From positions 34,658,001 through 34,722,000 of the forward strand of contig NC_042998.1 in NCBI RefSeq assembly GCF_006345805.1: a stretch of 64,000 nucleotides of DNA. Reading direction: 5' to 3'. Origin of the DNA: Octopus sinensis (Eukaryota). The notes under the pieces are model-generated. The model ran no database searches and had not been told where the DNA came from. It was given only the letters and a program-made list of their open reading frames with translations. Below, one piece after another: positions 63,156 to 64,000 of this stretch. Position numbers and translations under genes: made by a program. Within the stretch, counting starts at the first letter, position 1. The number at the start of each line of letters is the position of its first letter.

Positions 63156-64000
63156 ATACCCCATATTTAAAGGGGTCCAGGTATGGCAATATAATCCTGA
63201 AAATTCACTTCTAATTTTGTTAAGAAATATGTTTGAGATTATTGCCAGATAAAGAAGAAATATTTCAAGGTAAATCTCACACCTTGTCAAAAAAAAAAAA
63301 AAAAAAAAAGAAGAAACTGTAATGAGCGTTGCTGTTGCACTGCTAGATTCCTTTTAGCAAATTAAGTGGATAACATGCTTTTCCTACGAGTGTCAAATGA
63401 TATCAAATGACAGTTAGATTATTTAATTACACATTTTCGTGTCTGGGATTGTTTTTCCTGCTGCTTTCACTATTCCACATGAAACACTTCAGTTGTGAAG
63501 TAGGAGTGAAACCTTTTAATTAGGCAATTTAAGGAAATCTGAATCATTGGTTTGCACAGGAGCACAACACGCAAAGTAAAACATTTTCTTTACTCAGTCT
63601 TTTAAGAATGTAATAACTAAGTTTCCCTTCTCAAAAATGCTGGGCAGAGACCTTTGCCAAACAGTCGTTAATATTGATTTCAAATTTCAGCACAAGGCCA
63701 GCAATTTCAGGTAAGGGGGCTAAGTCAGTTAACCCATTTATGCCAATTGTCCATTTAAACTGAATTTATAAGGGTATAAAACAAATACTTCATACAAATT
63801 GTGATTTGTGTATGTTCTGTGTCATGCGCACATACCATGGGCCTATGGTGTGTGTGCACGTGTTGGTGTACCTCTGTGTCTGTATGTTAGTGACAAATGT
63901 ATTCATAGGAATGCATTATGTTGCAGTCTGTGGCGATGATAACAAGGATGAATGAGTTCCTGATTTTCATTCTCTAATAGTTCGTTGAATGAGTGAGAAT

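Overview
AT-rich, microsatellite-dense eukaryotic DNA. Inference: molluscan, most likely a coleoid cephalopod such as Octopus, judged from the repeat landscape and a mollusc-type NCS-1 C-terminus. Only one host coding exon is recognisable: the last exon of a neuronal calcium sensor-1/frequenin-like gene (9423-9524, +), followed by a long U/A-rich putative 3' UTR. Most ORFs in the supplied track are (TA)n/(CA)n/(CTAT)n artefacts. The rest is mobile DNA: several tRNA-headed SINE families, many 5'-truncated RTE LINE 3' ends, RTE and CR1-type LINE remnants, a Penelope-like GIY-YIG remnant, Helitron/Helentron derivatives, and hAT, Tc1/mariner and piggyBac-like MITEs. The most interesting signal is a short non-autonomous element that joins a tRNA-like Pol III head to a minimal type-I hammerhead ribozyme (CUGAUGA...GAAAC-GUU) with a Penelope-type tail. 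It occurs at three loci (8 hammerhead motifs, one with an intact core) in inverted and tandem arrays, two of them flanked by target-site duplications. Two further unrelated hammerhead-like motifs are present, one downstream of the GIY-YIG remnant. There is also a CpG-rich island with an unexplained 160-aa ORF, a CR1 element split into inverted halves, and several long palindromes. Repeat boundaries were read by eye and are approximate (about +/-10-20 bp); family names are from motif recognition, not database searches.
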